64,000 nt of DNA from a virus (IMGVR_UViG_3300046501_000132:1-64000), one strand, 5' to 3'; positions 9,379-19,840 are shown, counted from the stretch's first letter. The notes: generated from the letters alone by a model not told the origin. Numbers and translations: made by a program.

Positions 9379-9931
9379 TTCGCTTCCTTTTCTTCATAGT
9401 TTCACGAATCTTCTGCTTGGTCTCTTCAGACCTCTTTTTACCACGCATTGACTCGCTGATTTTCTGTTTTGATTCAGCGGAATGAGTTGTACCCAAACGA
9501 CCCGCATGATTCGACGACATCTTCAACTTTGTTTCCTCAGAGTGCTTAAATCCTAAAGTTCCAATATGGTTCTCTCGCATCTTTGCTTTCGTCTCATCGG
9601 ACATTGGGCCAAATCGTCTATATGCACCTTGTCCGGCTTCCATATCGACATATGCCTTGTTGAGACAAAGAGGATCGTCAATGTACTCTCTGATCAATGT
9701 TTGTTCATGCGTAAAAGCATCTTCCCTAGCGGATTGACCATCGAACTCTTTAATAACCTCAGCAATGAAGTTATCAAATCCCATTTCCTTCACTACCTTA
9801 GAGGAAGAACGGTATTTATGACCAATGTCTTGATTCGCAGGTAATATATTACCCATCCGGTATCCAATATAGAATTGTCCTGTTTCTTTGTGGGTTAATC
9901 TATACACATATGGCCGCGCTTCCTCAGTCAT
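9371..9931 (-). mobile_element. free-standing GIY-YIG (Seg-like) homing endonuclease with NUMOD3 repeats
   Basis: YVY...FYIGYR...YRSSS...E...LNK catalytic domain; repeated HSEETKxKMS. Confidence 0.85.
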
Positions 9932-10957
9932 TTAACAACCCTTTAGCTTATTGAACATTAGCTTGGCTTTGAGACCTTGATAAGTGTTCTGTTTGATAAG
10001 ATTTTCTATGTCATATGTATTTAAGCCGCCATCAGTGACTGCTTCGTTGATGTCTTTAAACTCAAACTCTTTCGGGAAAAGAACCACCTTCACTCCAGAA
10101 TCAATAGCCTTCTGGATATGTCGACACACGTCTTTATTCCGATACTGGGAGTCATAGATATACACATCACCTTCGATCTTCGTCAAGTCCGCATCCGCAG
10201 ACGCTAGACAGTTTTCGATAAACATTGAATCAATCGGCCCCTCACATACCCTGACTTCCCGGCTGCGGTCCACCCTATCCATCCCAAACACTTTTTTGAC
10301 TGAGTCATTTTGTTTTACGGTGATGTAGCGCATTTTGTTAGCAGGATCCAGAGAACGACCTTGATAGCAAAGCAGTTCACCGAACTCCGTGTAGAATGGA
10401 ATGATGAGGCGGGCATCTTCAGGCATCTTCTTTGCATATTCGGCATCTTTAAATGAAGCCGTCACCGCTTGGAAGTTGTCGGTATACATCAGGTAATCAA
10501 GATACTTGTCTGGAATTTGACGTTTCTTGACGTACTGGACGCAAGGATGATCTTCTGGCAGCTCAGATAGCTTCACCGCGCCGCTCATATCAACGGTATC
10601 TAGAAGTGGCTCAACCACGCTGCTTGTCTCAGTCTTTTCTTCCTGAAACATCTGACGTGGTTCTCTACCAAACTTATCTCGGAATTTCTCTAACCGATAC
10701 TCAGCGAACAGTGTGGGATCAAATCCTTTTAGAAAGTTATGAAAGCTCATACTAAAACCACAATTTTTACATTCTACATTGTAGTTATATGTACCATACT
10801 TCATGTCCTGGTAGATATAAAAACGTGTTCGTGTTCCCTTCTTACCGTCCCCGCAATATGGACAGCGACATAGAGCGACTGTAGGACGAATCCACTTGAA
10901 TCGCTCAAGACGGCTTGATAGGTAATTCAAAAACTGCTTGTCAATCAAGCCACTCAT
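9932..10957 (-). CDS. gp61: DNA primase, T4 gp61-like
   Basis: CPYCGD zinc finger, IIPF...QGR, EGPIDSMF, KDINE. Confidence 0.93.
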   Translation of the reverse strand: MSGLIDKQFLNYLSSRLERFKWIRPTVALCRCPYCGDGKKGTRTRFYIYQDMKYGTYNYNVECKNCGFSMSFHNFLKGFDPTLFAEYRLEKFRDKFGREPRQMFQEEKTETSSVVEPLLDTVDMSGAVKLSELPEDHPCVQYVKKRQIPDKYLDYLMYTDNFQAVTASFKDAEYAKKMPEDARLIIPFYTEFGELLCYQGRSLDPANKMRYITVKQNDSVKKVFGMDRVDRSREVRVCEGPIDSMFIENCLASADADLTKIEGDVYIYDSQYRNKDVCRHIQKAIDSGVKVVLFPKEFEFKDINEAVTDGGLNTYDIENLIKQNTYQGLKAKLMFNKLKGC

Positions 10958-10963
10958 TTTACT

Positions 10964-11194
10964 TCACTCGTAGATAACAAACCACTTAAACGATTCCATA
11001 AAGGATTCTTCATCCATCTGGTTTGTGAACAACCAATGGAACCAACCATCCTTCTCAGGACCGATACTGATGATACTAAGATCAGACAACTTCTTTCTCA
11101 GAAGGTTATAGGTCGGATTCTCGGTGTTGTGTTCAGCCTTGAATAGCTGAATACACTCTCCGGGAGTCTTATATGAGATCACAATGATACTCAT
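10964..11194 (-). CDS. hypothetical protein
   Basis: Packed between gp46 and gp61. Confidence 0.6.
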   Translation of the reverse strand: MSIIVISYKTPGECIQLFKAEHNTENPTYNLLRKKLSDLSIISIGPEKDGWFHWLFTNQMDEESFMESFKWFVIYE

Positions 11195-12912
11195 TAAACC
11201 TCCACCGTCATATCGTTCTTGAGAGCGTATTTAATCGTCCGATCAAAATACTCATCGAACTCCGCTGCTCGCTGCGAGATAACTGTTAGGTTTGTCTCTT
11301 GACCGATGATCTGCCACATTTCCATGAACTCATCAACTCCAGACGCAGAAAGGTTTTCCAGAATCTCATCTAGAATCAAGACGTTGCAATCCACAGAAGC
11401 CTTATTCTTAGCGATTTCACGCCAAGCTAGAAGTACAGCAAGATCAATTCGGCGTAGCTGGCCTGTGGAGAGATTTCCTAGGGTCTGGCCTTTGCGGTCA
11501 GGGGCGAACATCGACACGTTGAACTCTGAGTCGATGTTGATCTGGACATATAGATTCAGCCGGTCTAGTATACCGTTTACTGTCTGGTTCAGATATGGAA
11601 CATACTGAGCGACGATACTGGCCTTGATCCCGTCATCCTTCAGAACCTGAAGCAACTGAAGATGTTCACTTTCCTGTCCAGACAGATCGTTGAGTTCCTT
11701 CGTCTTAGCAACAAGCGAATCACCTAGTGTGTTACATTCGCCTTGCTCCACAGCAATCATATCGTCTTCGTTGGAATCAACCAACTTAGATTCAATAGAC
11801 CGAATCGAAGACTCAACAGACGCCAGCTGCGCTTCCATCTGCATCTTGAGACCAATCACCTTCGTCGCCTCAGCGGATAGCTCACCATTACGATCCACCA
11901 CTGCCTGATGCTTTAAACGCTCATCCTCCAGTTTTCGTAGAGGCTCCACTAGCTTACCAGCTTCCGTCTCCGCAGCGTCTCTAATCGCTGATTTATGCGC
12001 TTCCTGAACCTCCTGCTTACACGTAGGACATTCATGCAGATCAGCGATCTTATCCGCAGACTTTTTGATCTCATCAACCTTATAGTTGAACCGAGAGATC
12101 ATAGTCTTGACTTTCTCAAGAGCAGGAAGCGCCTCAGGCTGTCGTTGGGAGTCGATCACTTCGATCTTCTCCATAGCCTTGTTAATCAGGCCCACCAGGC
12201 CGTTCTGCTTAGTCTTGAGTTGTTGAAGTTCATCGCCGGTTTCCGCTAGGCGTTGACGCTTCTTCTCTTGAAGAATCTCTACCGTGCGCTGACGACCAGA
12301 TAACTTAGACTCAATGATGCCGATGTCGTAGTTGACCTGTTCGATCTTCTTGCGGATTTCCTTGACTCTATCCTTCGTCCGAGTGTTCATGGACGAGATA
12401 ACAACCAAATCAAGCATCTGCTCAACGAAATCCCGACGATCTTGGGTCTTCATCTGAACGAAGGGCACAAATCGGTTCACCCCCAGAGCCACGATATTAC
12501 AGAAAGATCGTTTATCCATCCCAATCACAGTCTGGAGATATTTCTGGTGATCGCCGTTGGCCGCTTCGTTCTCAACCAGCTTACCATCTTTATAGATTTC
12601 AAAGATGGAAGGCTTATAACCACGCCGAACCAGATATGGAATGCCCAGTGCCTCAAACTCTAGTTCTGTGATACAATCCTTACCAGACTTAGAATTGACT
12701 AGACCACCGATCTTACAATCAGGGCTGTAAGGTTCTCCGAATAGTGCAAAGAACAGAGCCCAGATAGCCAGAGTGGACTTTCCGCTGCCATTGTCTGTTG
12801 AAGCAATCAACGTAGTCAACGAACCAAGGTAGTCCAGTTCTAAAGGCATATTACCTACTGAACGAAAGTTCTTGGCTCGTACCTTCTTGAAAATTACCTT
12901 ATTGCCCGCCAT
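11194..12912 (-). CDS. gp46: recombination endonuclease ATPase subunit (Rad50/SbcC-like)
   Basis: NGSGKS Walker A, CPTC zinc hook, LSTGQ signature, LILDE Walker B. Confidence 0.95.
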   Translation of the reverse strand: MAGNKVIFKKVRAKNFRSVGNMPLELDYLGSLTTLIASTDNGSGKSTLAIWALFFALFGEPYSPDCKIGGLVNSKSGKDCITELEFEALGIPYLVRRGYKPSIFEIYKDGKLVENEAANGDHQKYLQTVIGMDKRSFCNIVALGVNRFVPFVQMKTQDRRDFVEQMLDLVVISSMNTRTKDRVKEIRKKIEQVNYDIGIIESKLSGRQRTVEILQEKKRQRLAETGDELQQLKTKQNGLVGLINKAMEKIEVIDSQRQPEALPALEKVKTMISRFNYKVDEIKKSADKIADLHECPTCKQEVQEAHKSAIRDAAETEAGKLVEPLRKLEDERLKHQAVVDRNGELSAEATKVIGLKMQMEAQLASVESSIRSIESKLVDSNEDDMIAVEQGECNTLGDSLVAKTKELNDLSGQESEHLQLLQVLKDDGIKASIVAQYVPYLNQTVNGILDRLNLYVQINIDSEFNVSMFAPDRKGQTLGNLSTGQLRRIDLAVLLAWREIAKNKASVDCNVLILDEILENLSASGVDEFMEMWQIIGQETNLTVISQRAAEFDEYFDRTIKYALKNDMTVEV

Positions 12913-13981
12913 TCAGCACCTCAATATAAATCTGCTTCGCTAGACTCTTCACGCTGTCCTTATTAAATTCATCACCTTGCTTGTCGATAAAGGCGTTCAT
13001 AGCAGATAGAGTGTCCAACGACAACACTTCTTCACTAATCTCAACCTTTTCGATCTCAACCAGAGTTGTATCGATGATCTTATAGTCAATCATCCCAGAC
13101 TTCGTAAGCAATTCTAGGAATTTCTTATAATGCTTCGCTTCGGGCTTTTCTTTCACCAGAATCTTAGCAATCGTTCCTCGATAGTTGATAAAGGAATTAT
13201 CATTATATTGTTCTTCTGGATCATACTCAATCACTGAGAACAACGTCATGAATTCATCATTGCGATGTAGAGCTAACTCATCTGTTTCAGTGTCCAAAGT
13301 CCAGAACCCTCGATTAGTTCCGTCTTGAACGTCACCCCAAGTGATGTGGTATGGCGTACCAACCATCGTCACGTTAAGACTTTGAGATACCGTGTGGAAG
13401 TGACCGCTGATGACTCTCTTGAATTTTCTGAAGTTCTGAGGATCAAGACCATGTTCGCAAGCAACTCCTGGGATCATCGGCATGCCCATCATCTCAAAGT
13501 GTCCGAACACATAATCGGCGTCAGATGATAGGACATCAGTCAAAAGACGTTCCTGATTATTCTTGTTCAACCAAGGAACTAGAGCAACCTTCTTTCCTTC
13601 GAAGTCAACGTATTCGACTCTGTCGGTGACGATTCTGAATTCCAAACAGCGGTCGATACTATTAACCTTCAAAAGATCCAAAGAACATATGGCGTTGGAA
13701 TCACGATAGTACATATCATGATTACCGCCGTATGCGATCCACTCTTCAATATCAAAATACTTGAGCATGTCTGGAAACTTGTTGATGATGAAGTCCATGA
13801 CATTCAACTTCATATTCTGACGAGTATCGAACATATCTCCAGTCTGGATGATCTTCGTGATTCCCAGAGCTTGAATCTTCTTCAGAGCATTCTCAAGCCA
13901 GGCAATTTGAAAGTCAAGGAAGTCCTGATTTCCACCTTTGACCCCAAAATGCATGTCGCCAATAATAGCAACTTTACTCAT
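12899..13981 (-). CDS. gp47: recombination endonuclease nuclease subunit (Mre11/SbcD-like)
   Basis: GDMHFG, GDMFD, GNHD and SGHFH motifs; adjacent to gp46. Confidence 0.95.
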   Translation of the reverse strand: MSKVAIIGDMHFGVKGGNQDFLDFQIAWLENALKKIQALGITKIIQTGDMFDTRQNMKLNVMDFIINKFPDMLKYFDIEEWIAYGGNHDMYYRDSNAICSLDLLKVNSIDRCLEFRIVTDRVEYVDFEGKKVALVPWLNKNNQERLLTDVLSSDADYVFGHFEMMGMPMIPGVACEHGLDPQNFRKFKRVISGHFHTVSQSLNVTMVGTPYHITWGDVQDGTNRGFWTLDTETDELALHRNDEFMTLFSVIEYDPEEQYNDNSFINYRGTIAKILVKEKPEAKHYKKFLELLTKSGMIDYKIIDTTLVEIEKVEISEEVLSLDTLSAMNAFIDKQGDEFNKDSVKSLAKQIYIEVLNGGQ

Positions 13982-14139
13982 ACTAGCTTCTTCACCTCAT
14001 ACTTATGATATGGGTGTAGGACATTCAATTCACGACAAGCCTCAGTCGCTAGATCCAGATCACCAACCATCTTAGGTGGTCTCACATCCCAGTCAAGGAC
14101 CATAATCATTTGATGTTCCAAGCCTAGAACCACATACAT
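13978..14139 (-). CDS. 53-aa hypothetical protein (MYVVLGLEHQ...)
   Basis: Manual translation; fills the gp55-gp47 gap with ATGA overlap. Confidence 0.5.
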   Translation of the reverse strand: MYVVLGLEHQMIMVLDWDVRPPKMVGDLDLATEACRELNVLHPYHKYEVKKLV

Positions 14140-14143
14140 TTCA

Positions 14144-14866
14144 TCACTCAAATTCAATCTCCACGTCTTGATCCAAGTCTACTTCTTCGGGCACTTCTTC
14201 AGTCGAAGAACCAATATCAAACATAAAGCCATCAAAAGCAACTTTCTTCTCCTTGGGCTTACGGAAGGAGTCCAACCCATTCTTTTCTTCGTATTCGCGT
14301 GCTTTGGTGATAAAATCAGAACCAAGCACACCAACCGATAGACCGCCCTCATCACCATCCGAACCACCGGAAGCCGATTCCAAGTCTTCATCTTGGAATG
14401 CGTCCATACCACCCATCAACTCGAAGGACTTATACTTCAGATACTGCTCGCGCTTCTCAGCGTCAATACGGTGAGTGAAGGAACGCCAGATAATCATATT
14501 AATATATCCGAACGCACTAACCTTACCTTTCTTCTGTGACTTCTTCTCGGGGTTGAAGTTATGGATATACTTCACACAATGTAGAATCGCATCTGACTTC
14601 ATTTCATCAAGATACGAATAGCCTGAGAAGTTGTGGCGCTTACCAAGGGCTTCGGCCATATCAAAAATCGCTTCGCCTACCGCCTCGGGCAGCTTCGGAC
14701 GTTCCTTGCCTGCTGCAATATCAGCATCAAATACTTTCTTCCACTCAGACAAAATGCCGGTGAGGTGCTCATCATCAATGTAATGTCGAGGGGCACGAAC
14801 CACTGGCTTTTCTACTTCAACGAGAGTTAGACTCTCAACTTCATCATCTTCAATTAGTTCTGGCAT
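14144..14866 (-). CDS. gp55: late-transcription sigma factor
   Basis: HYID...NFSGYSYLDEMKSDAI...NFNPEK...AFGYI...KREQYLKYK, acidic C-terminal tail. Confidence 0.9.
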   Translation of the reverse strand: MPELIEDDEVESLTLVEVEKPVVRAPRHYIDDEHLTGILSEWKKVFDADIAAGKERPKLPEAVGEAIFDMAEALGKRHNFSGYSYLDEMKSDAILHCVKYIHNFNPEKKSQKKGKVSAFGYINMIIWRSFTHRIDAEKREQYLKYKSFELMGGMDAFQDEDLESASGGSDGDEGGLSVGVLGSDFITKAREYEEKNGLDSFRKPKEKKVAFDGFMFDIGSSTEEVPEEVDLDQDVEIEFE

Positions 14867-14871
14867 AACTT

Positions 14872-15363
14872 TTAAAACTTGATCACAGGAACCATCTTAA
14901 TGTCATAGGTGTCAGAAACCATCGTTCGGTTGATGTTTCTGCTACCAAGACCCGCATATTCATCAGCAAGCTCATTTCCGAAAGTACCGGCGTGACCCTT
15001 GACCCAGTTGATGGTCGCATTGCCGTGTTCATCCCAAGCGTTGAATAACGGGACTAACAGGTCAGGGTTCTTGATGCCTTCGTAATTTGAACGTTTCCAC
15101 TTGTGTCGCCAATCATTAATCGACTTGACAACATACTGGGAATCTGATCTGATTTGGATGTCCCAGTCTTTCTTATCCCGGAACATCATCATTGTGTAGA
15201 GCACGCCGTAAATTTCACCACGATTATTCGAGGACGGCGCGGGCAGGTGCCCATAGCGAATGTACTTCTTATTACCCATTAGAAAGACTGCAGACCATCC
15301 ACCAACACAATTAGGTTTCCCGTTGTCGATAGATGAACCATCAGTCCAAACATCAATCTTCAT
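14872..15363 (-). CDS. rnhA: ribonuclease HI
   Basis: WTDGS, NNRGE, SDSQY, KNPDL, WVKGHAG..GNELAD. Confidence 0.92.
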   Translation of the reverse strand: MKIDVWTDGSSIDNGKPNCVGGWSAVFLMGNKKYIRYGHLPAPSSNNRGEIYGVLYTMMMFRDKKDWDIQIRSDSQYVVKSINDWRHKWKRSNYEGIKNPDLLVPLFNAWDEHGNATINWVKGHAGTFGNELADEYAGLGSRNINRTMVSDTYDIKMVPVIKF

Positions 15364-15392
15364 ACTGCTCTGGTTCGTTTAACATAGGGTCT

Positions 15393-15421
15393 ATTATAGT
15401 ATGAGATATGGGGAAAGTAAA
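15393..15421 (-). promoter_or_regulatory. early promoter TTTACT-N17-TATAAT for the rnh-gp55-gp47 operon
   Basis: -10 at 15393-15398, -35 at 15416-15421. Confidence 0.75.
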
Positions 15422-15473
15422 GTGATAGATATGTCTTTCTATGGAATGATCATAAATTATTTTATGAAAGTGG

Positions 15474-15502
15474 TTTACTTTTCGCATATAACCAGTTATA
15501 AT
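15474..15502 (+). promoter_or_regulatory. early promoter TTTACT-N17-TATAAT pointing into an ORF-less region
   Basis: -35 at 15474-15479, -10 at 15497-15502. Confidence 0.75.
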
Positions 15503-15507
15503 ATCCG

Positions 15508-15836
15508 CCTGTAGTAGAGGATTGTCTGGACGGTAAACAGACGGTGGCGGACAATCCTAACCGGGCAACCACGGATCGAATAAAGCCCAAACCCCGCAAT
15601 CTAAGCGCAATGCTTGCATAGTCCTGGGGATTCGACTGAAGACACCCTTTCAGCGTAAGAGGACATAGCTTTCATCGGGCGGTGTAGCAACCGATGAGCC
15701 TGGCCGGCTCCGCGTACTGGACGGTTAGGAAGATGAGCCACCCACTTAATTGTGGGGGCTATCTTTCGCCTATACCTCACCACCCTGGGTAAATAGAAGA
15801 AATAAGAAACCCCTCAAGATTTCTCCTGAGGGGTTT
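15508..15836 (+). ncRNA. candidate ~330-nt structured non-coding RNA
   Basis: Own promoter and terminator; no plus-strand ORF in the track; multiple stems (15518-26/15550-58, 15555-63/15722-30, catcgg/ccgatg, aagat..cccac/gtggg..atctt). Confidence 0.55.
15807..15836. terminator. bidirectional intrinsic terminator
   Basis: aaacccctca/tgaggggttt stem between convergent transcripts. Confidence 0.75.
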
Positions 15837-15856
15837 GATATTATAGTAGATATGTG

Positions 15857-18193
15857 TTACTGCCTATCCCCTGTCAGTAACCAAGCATTAGTAGCTATCT
15901 TAATGATTGATACCGGGGAATACTGAACCCTAGTATTTGTAGTGCCTGCTGAATATAGGGTGACTCCTGATCCAGCTGATACTGTAACCTGCCCAGCTCC
16001 CATTTGTACGATGTTAATACAAGCACCGACTTGAAATGCAGCGCTCGCATTCGGAGGAATGGTTACATTGATAGCTGAAGCATTGTCCATTAGTAACCAA
16101 CCTTTATAAGTCGGTTTAGGTGCGTGAGACAAAGCTAATGTGACTGCTGTGGAAGTCGATGTCGTTACAGCATCTAATATTGGTATACTCTCTCCACTAA
16201 TCGTCTTTTGCCACTTGGCCGTATCTACATACGGCGGCGTCGTGGAAAGGTATGGAGTAGTTCCCAACAAATTGAAGATAGCAGTTGAGGATTCAGGGAA
16301 TGCTAGAACAGATGCATCAACTACGTTATTATCAACGATGTATTGATATCCGTTGAGCAAAGCGTGTAGTCCATCATCCGTCCAACCTGGAGCCTTCCAC
16401 TTACCGGAGTCTCTTGCGGATTCAAGAGCATCGGCAATTTCAAAGTACCCTGCCCATCCCGCAGGCATTGCTCTAACCGCTGCGTTATACAATAGTCTTT
16501 GAGCATTTGACGAATGTGACGTTTGATTATTCGTTGTTGCCCAAGAGTCTGTTGAAGTAGTCACTGGAGGTAGAGTTGTGCCATACCATTCCTTGCCTGG
16601 GAAGAATCCTCGGCAAGTATTCATATCATTAATAGCGGCTGATGCTGTGTTGCCGTTACGAATGTCATTAGTTCCCAAACCACAAATGACGTGAGTCAAA
16701 TATGGTAGTAGTGAACCAAAACCAGAGCCATCTTGAACAAGATTCTCTGCAGTCTTGCCGTAATTACCAGACACTGAGAATGCAATATTTTGTTCAAACA
16801 GGCTAGGCGTAATGATACCGTTTTCGGTGGTTCCCGGAATACCGCCATAGTTATTGAAACCGGCAGTCATAGAGCCGCCGACTGCAAACACCGAAGGTTT
16901 ATTGGTTTGACCAATAATGGCGCAAGGTCCATAAATATGCTCATTGAACATATTAGGAATTGTTCCGCCCATAGTTCTATTGGTCAATGTGATGCCGTAT
17001 TCAAGAGCTTCACCCATACCCGCGTCTCCGCCGTTGGTGATACGGGCATACATCAGTCCATTTGGGTGGCGTAGGAAACTACGAACCCAGAAGCCTACAC
17101 CGTCTGGAATTGCAACAGAAACACTATCAGAAGTGAGAGTTAATCCATTAGGAATCGTACCATCCGCTGAACCTCCGAATAAAACTTGAGTGAACACTCC
17201 AGCCGGATATTCAATAGACGCACTAATGGTACAATCTGCTCCTGTCGCCTCATTAAAACTGATAAAGTTGGGGAACATCAACTTCAGGCTAGAGATAGAC
17301 TCAGTGGCCTTGTGATATGTGCGACTATTAGATTGTCTATTTGACGTATAGAAGTAGAATGGGAAGATGCCGTGGGTGGCTACCAATCCTTCATAGTCCC
17401 CACCAGAAGCTGCTGTGTTTGCAAACACATACGATCCAGATGGGTATATTGTCCCCGCTGTCCAATCTCCGGCAATCCCATTTGGGCCAGTGGCTCCTGC
17501 TAGTCCAGTAGGGCCAGTTGGCCCTTGGTCTCCAACAATTCCTTTATCTCCAACTGGTCCTTTATCTCCGGTGGGGCCGGTTAGCCCTTGAATTCCTTGG
17601 TCTCCAGTTATACCCTTATCTCCAACTGGTCCTTTATCTCCAGTTGCTCCAGTTGGACCTGTTGCTCCGGTGATACCTTGAATACCTTGGTCTCCTGTCG
17701 GACCCTTATCGCCGGTGGGCCCTTTATCCCCAACAATACCTTTATCTCCGGTTGTTCCTGTTGGACCTTGATTGCCGACCGGACCTTGTCCTCCAACTGG
17801 TCCTACATCGCCAGTGGCGCCTTTATCCCCAGTCGGTCCTGTTGGACCTTGAATACCTTGGTCACCTACTGGTCCTTTATCCCCAGTCGGTCCTGTTGGA
17901 CCTTGAGGGCCAGGTTCGCCAATATTACCGGCATCGCCTTTAGGGCCGGTTGCTCCTGTTGGGCCCGTATCTCCCTTGGGGCCTTGTGGTCCCTGAATAC
18001 CTTGGATGCCTGGTACTCCTGGGTCGCCTTTCGGCCCTTGTACGCCATTGCTCAAATCAGGTAGATCCGAAAGATCAAGATAACTACCTGACTTAGCAAC
18101 TTCATGCAGGCTGTTATGTTTCTGATTAAGAGTCTTGACGTCAGCCGCAATTAATGCTGATAGTTGCTTCAACTGCTGGATGATATCTGCCAT
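15857..18193 (-). CDS. collagen-repeat fibre protein with SGNH/GDSL hydrolase domain
   Basis: Long G-X-Y tract; GGSMTAG, GLGTNDI and DDGLH SGNH blocks. Confidence 0.8.
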   Translation of the reverse strand: MADIIQQLKQLSALIAADVKTLNQKHNSLHEVAKSGSYLDLSDLPDLSNGVQGPKGDPGVPGIQGIQGPQGPKGDTGPTGATGPKGDAGNIGEPGPQGPTGPTGDKGPVGDQGIQGPTGPTGDKGATGDVGPVGGQGPVGNQGPTGTTGDKGIVGDKGPTGDKGPTGDQGIQGITGATGPTGATGDKGPVGDKGITGDQGIQGLTGPTGDKGPVGDKGIVGDQGPTGPTGLAGATGPNGIAGDWTAGTIYPSGSYVFANTAASGGDYEGLVATHGIFPFYFYTSNRQSNSRTYHKATESISSLKLMFPNFISFNEATGADCTISASIEYPAGVFTQVLFGGSADGTIPNGLTLTSDSVSVAIPDGVGFWVRSFLRHPNGLMYARITNGGDAGMGEALEYGITLTNRTMGGTIPNMFNEHIYGPCAIIGQTNKPSVFAVGGSMTAGFNNYGGIPGTTENGIITPSLFEQNIAFSVSGNYGKTAENLVQDGSGFGSLLPYLTHVICGLGTNDIRNGNTASAAINDMNTCRGFFPGKEWYGTTLPPVTTSTDSWATTNNQTSHSSNAQRLLYNAAVRAMPAGWAGYFEIADALESARDSGKWKAPGWTDDGLHALLNGYQYIVDNNVVDASVLAFPESSTAIFNLLGTTPYLSTTPPYVDTAKWQKTISGESIPILDAVTTSTSTAVTLALSHAPKPTYKGWLLMDNASAINVTIPPNASAAFQVGACINIVQMGAGQVTVSAGSGVTLYSAGTTNTRVQYSPVSIIKIATNAWLLTGDRQ
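17470..18045 (-). repeat. collagen G-X-Y coding repeat ([15 protein letters not shown]-type units)
   Basis: 9-nt periodic sequence within the fibre gene. Confidence 0.9.
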
Positions 18194-18202
18194 CTTAAAT
18201 CC

Positions 18203-19087
18203 TTATACTTTACTGTCCTCGTAAATCGAAACAAGATCAACTTCCTCGTCTGGAATAACAACCTGACCTAGTAGGGCCGCTGTCTTCTTCACAACTTTGG
18301 TATCTACCCCATTAAATCTAAAATCCAATGATCCTAGAATATTACCATCTACTAGAGTAGACGGTGGTACGAAAGACACGCTGAACGTGTGTACATCAGG
18401 GCTGCTAATTCTGTTGATGACAACCTTTTCAAGAACTACTGTAGACAACCCATCATCAACGTCACCAACCAAACGATTACTCACCTGGATCTTAACGCTC
18501 ACTTTACTTTGTGTGCTGGCCGACACCACGATCATAACATCGCCAGCAATAGTACCTTTATATCCATCAACCTGAATATTATATTGATAGGTTCCGCGTA
18601 GAACCTGTGACGAAGCTGTGGCTGCCGCAACTGGTAGTTGAAATTGAACTAGAGCGACTGTTTCGTCAGTTTGAGTTTCATCCGCTTTAATTTGTAGATA
18701 GTTCCATGGGTCAGGTAGAACATCACGCAAGTCATATAGGTCTTGGTAACTTACCTTTGTATATACACCAGCTGAATCCTTACGATAGAGCCCGACCTTG
18801 GCGGGGACGTCACCCCAGACTCTAACTAGCAATCCAATTGCGATAGTTGCATCGGCTGCAATCATATCGTTGTATAGGCGATGATCAATTACCTTCTGAA
18901 CGTACTGGAAACGCTTTAAGTCCTTGATAGTACCCAGGAGGGTTTTAACCGTCCGGTTACTATCAAGATAGACCGTATCGTCCTCAGCACCATTTAGGAA
19001 AGTCTTGAAAGTTGCGTTTTGCTGCGCTAGTTCTTCAACCAGCGCCGCGTACTTTTGATCAAGAGTTAGGCTTGTCATTAGTTTCAT
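18203..19087 (-). CDS. hypothetical, probably virion-associated protein
   Basis: Late cassette context; beta-rich C-terminal half. Confidence 0.65.
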   Translation of the reverse strand: MKLMTSLTLDQKYAALVEELAQQNATFKTFLNGAEDDTVYLDSNRTVKTLLGTIKDLKRFQYVQKVIDHRLYNDMIAADATIAIGLLVRVWGDVPAKVGLYRKDSAGVYTKVSYQDLYDLRDVLPDPWNYLQIKADETQTDETVALVQFQLPVAAATASSQVLRGTYQYNIQVDGYKGTIAGDVMIVVSASTQSKVSVKIQVSNRLVGDVDDGLSTVVLEKVVINRISSPDVHTFSVSFVPPSTLVDGNILGSLDFRFNGVDTKVVKKTAALLGQVVIPDEEVDLVSIYEDSKV

Positions 19088-19424
19088 CCTCCTTGGCGCG
19101 TAGATCAGCAGGGGTGACTCTGTTAAGCAAGTTCTTAACTAGAGTTGTGATATACGCATTAAAGATGTCCAGAAGCGGGAAGACGCAGAAGCCGGACATT
19201 AGTAGCAACCCGTCATGATATTGTTGAAGACTGGTTGGGATCATAGATCCAACCACTTGACCCACGAAGAAAGATAGCAGAACACAAGTGCAGAAGGATA
19301 GGATAGAGAAAGGCTTGTCCCCCTTGTACAGTTGGTATAATGCTTGAGCCGCGCCCCCGAAAGAAGCCAGAACCCCTGCGGCCGCTAGGTCAGAGATTCT
19401 GTCTATAAAGTTGGAAACTGCCAT
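19059..19424 (-). CDS. putative holin (3 TM)
   Basis: GVLASFGGAAQALY...LLSFFVGQVVG...LLMSGFCVFPLLD membrane segments. Confidence 0.55.
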   Translation of the reverse strand: MAVSNFIDRISDLAAAGVLASFGGAAQALYQLYKGDKPFSILSFCTCVLLSFFVGQVVGSMIPTSLQQYHDGLLLMSGFCVFPLLDIFNAYITTLVKNLLNRVTPADLRAKEDETNDKPNS

Positions 19425-19436
19425 GGTCAGTCCTTG

Positions 19437-19739
19437 TTATTGTTTATTAGTTGTATCGTGTTTTATATGATCTAGCACAAAATATGCTAGCAACAGCTGG
19501 AACATTGAAGTACCGAAGTACAAATATTCTGTTAGTTTCTGACCAGACAAGAAAATGACGCTAGTCTCTAATATAGAAATGCAATCTTTAGCGATGTTTA
19601 GACCGCAAAGAAGCAGAATCGTGATTGCGGTTACTTCTCTCTTGGATAGCCCTGCGTCTTTCAAAGATAGGAATGCACGAATACTTTGATATGCAAGGAA
19701 TATCCAAAATGCAACACTTATTATGTTAAGTACAGTCAT
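19437..19739 (-). CDS. membrane protein (3 TM)
   Basis: Hydrophobic; downstream of late promoter at 19812-19818. Confidence 0.6.
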   Translation of the reverse strand: MTVLNIISVAFWIFLAYQSIRAFLSLKDAGLSKREVTAITILLLCGLNIAKDCISILETSVIFLSGQKLTEYLYFGTSMFQLLLAYFVLDHIKHDTTNKQ

Positions 19740-19811
19740 TTGGAGATTTTAGGTGGTTGGTGTGTTGAAAGACGAATCCCCACGTAAAAGGACAAAATGA
19801 GGAGTCTCTAA

Positions 19812-19840
19812 TATTTAGGTTTGAAAGTCACAGTTAAATA
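19812..19840. promoter_or_regulatory. divergent late promoters (CTAAATA minus at 19812-18; TTAAATA plus at 19834-40)
   Basis: Same motif precedes most structural genes. Confidence 0.6.

Noticed and set aside
15508-15836. RNase P RNA, 6S RNA or group I intron
   Set aside because: No GAGGAAAGUCC RNase P motif, no single long 6S-like rod, and not inside an interrupted gene.
17470-18045. Tandem DNA repeats as a non-coding repeat element
   Set aside because: Fully explained by collagen G-X-Y codons.
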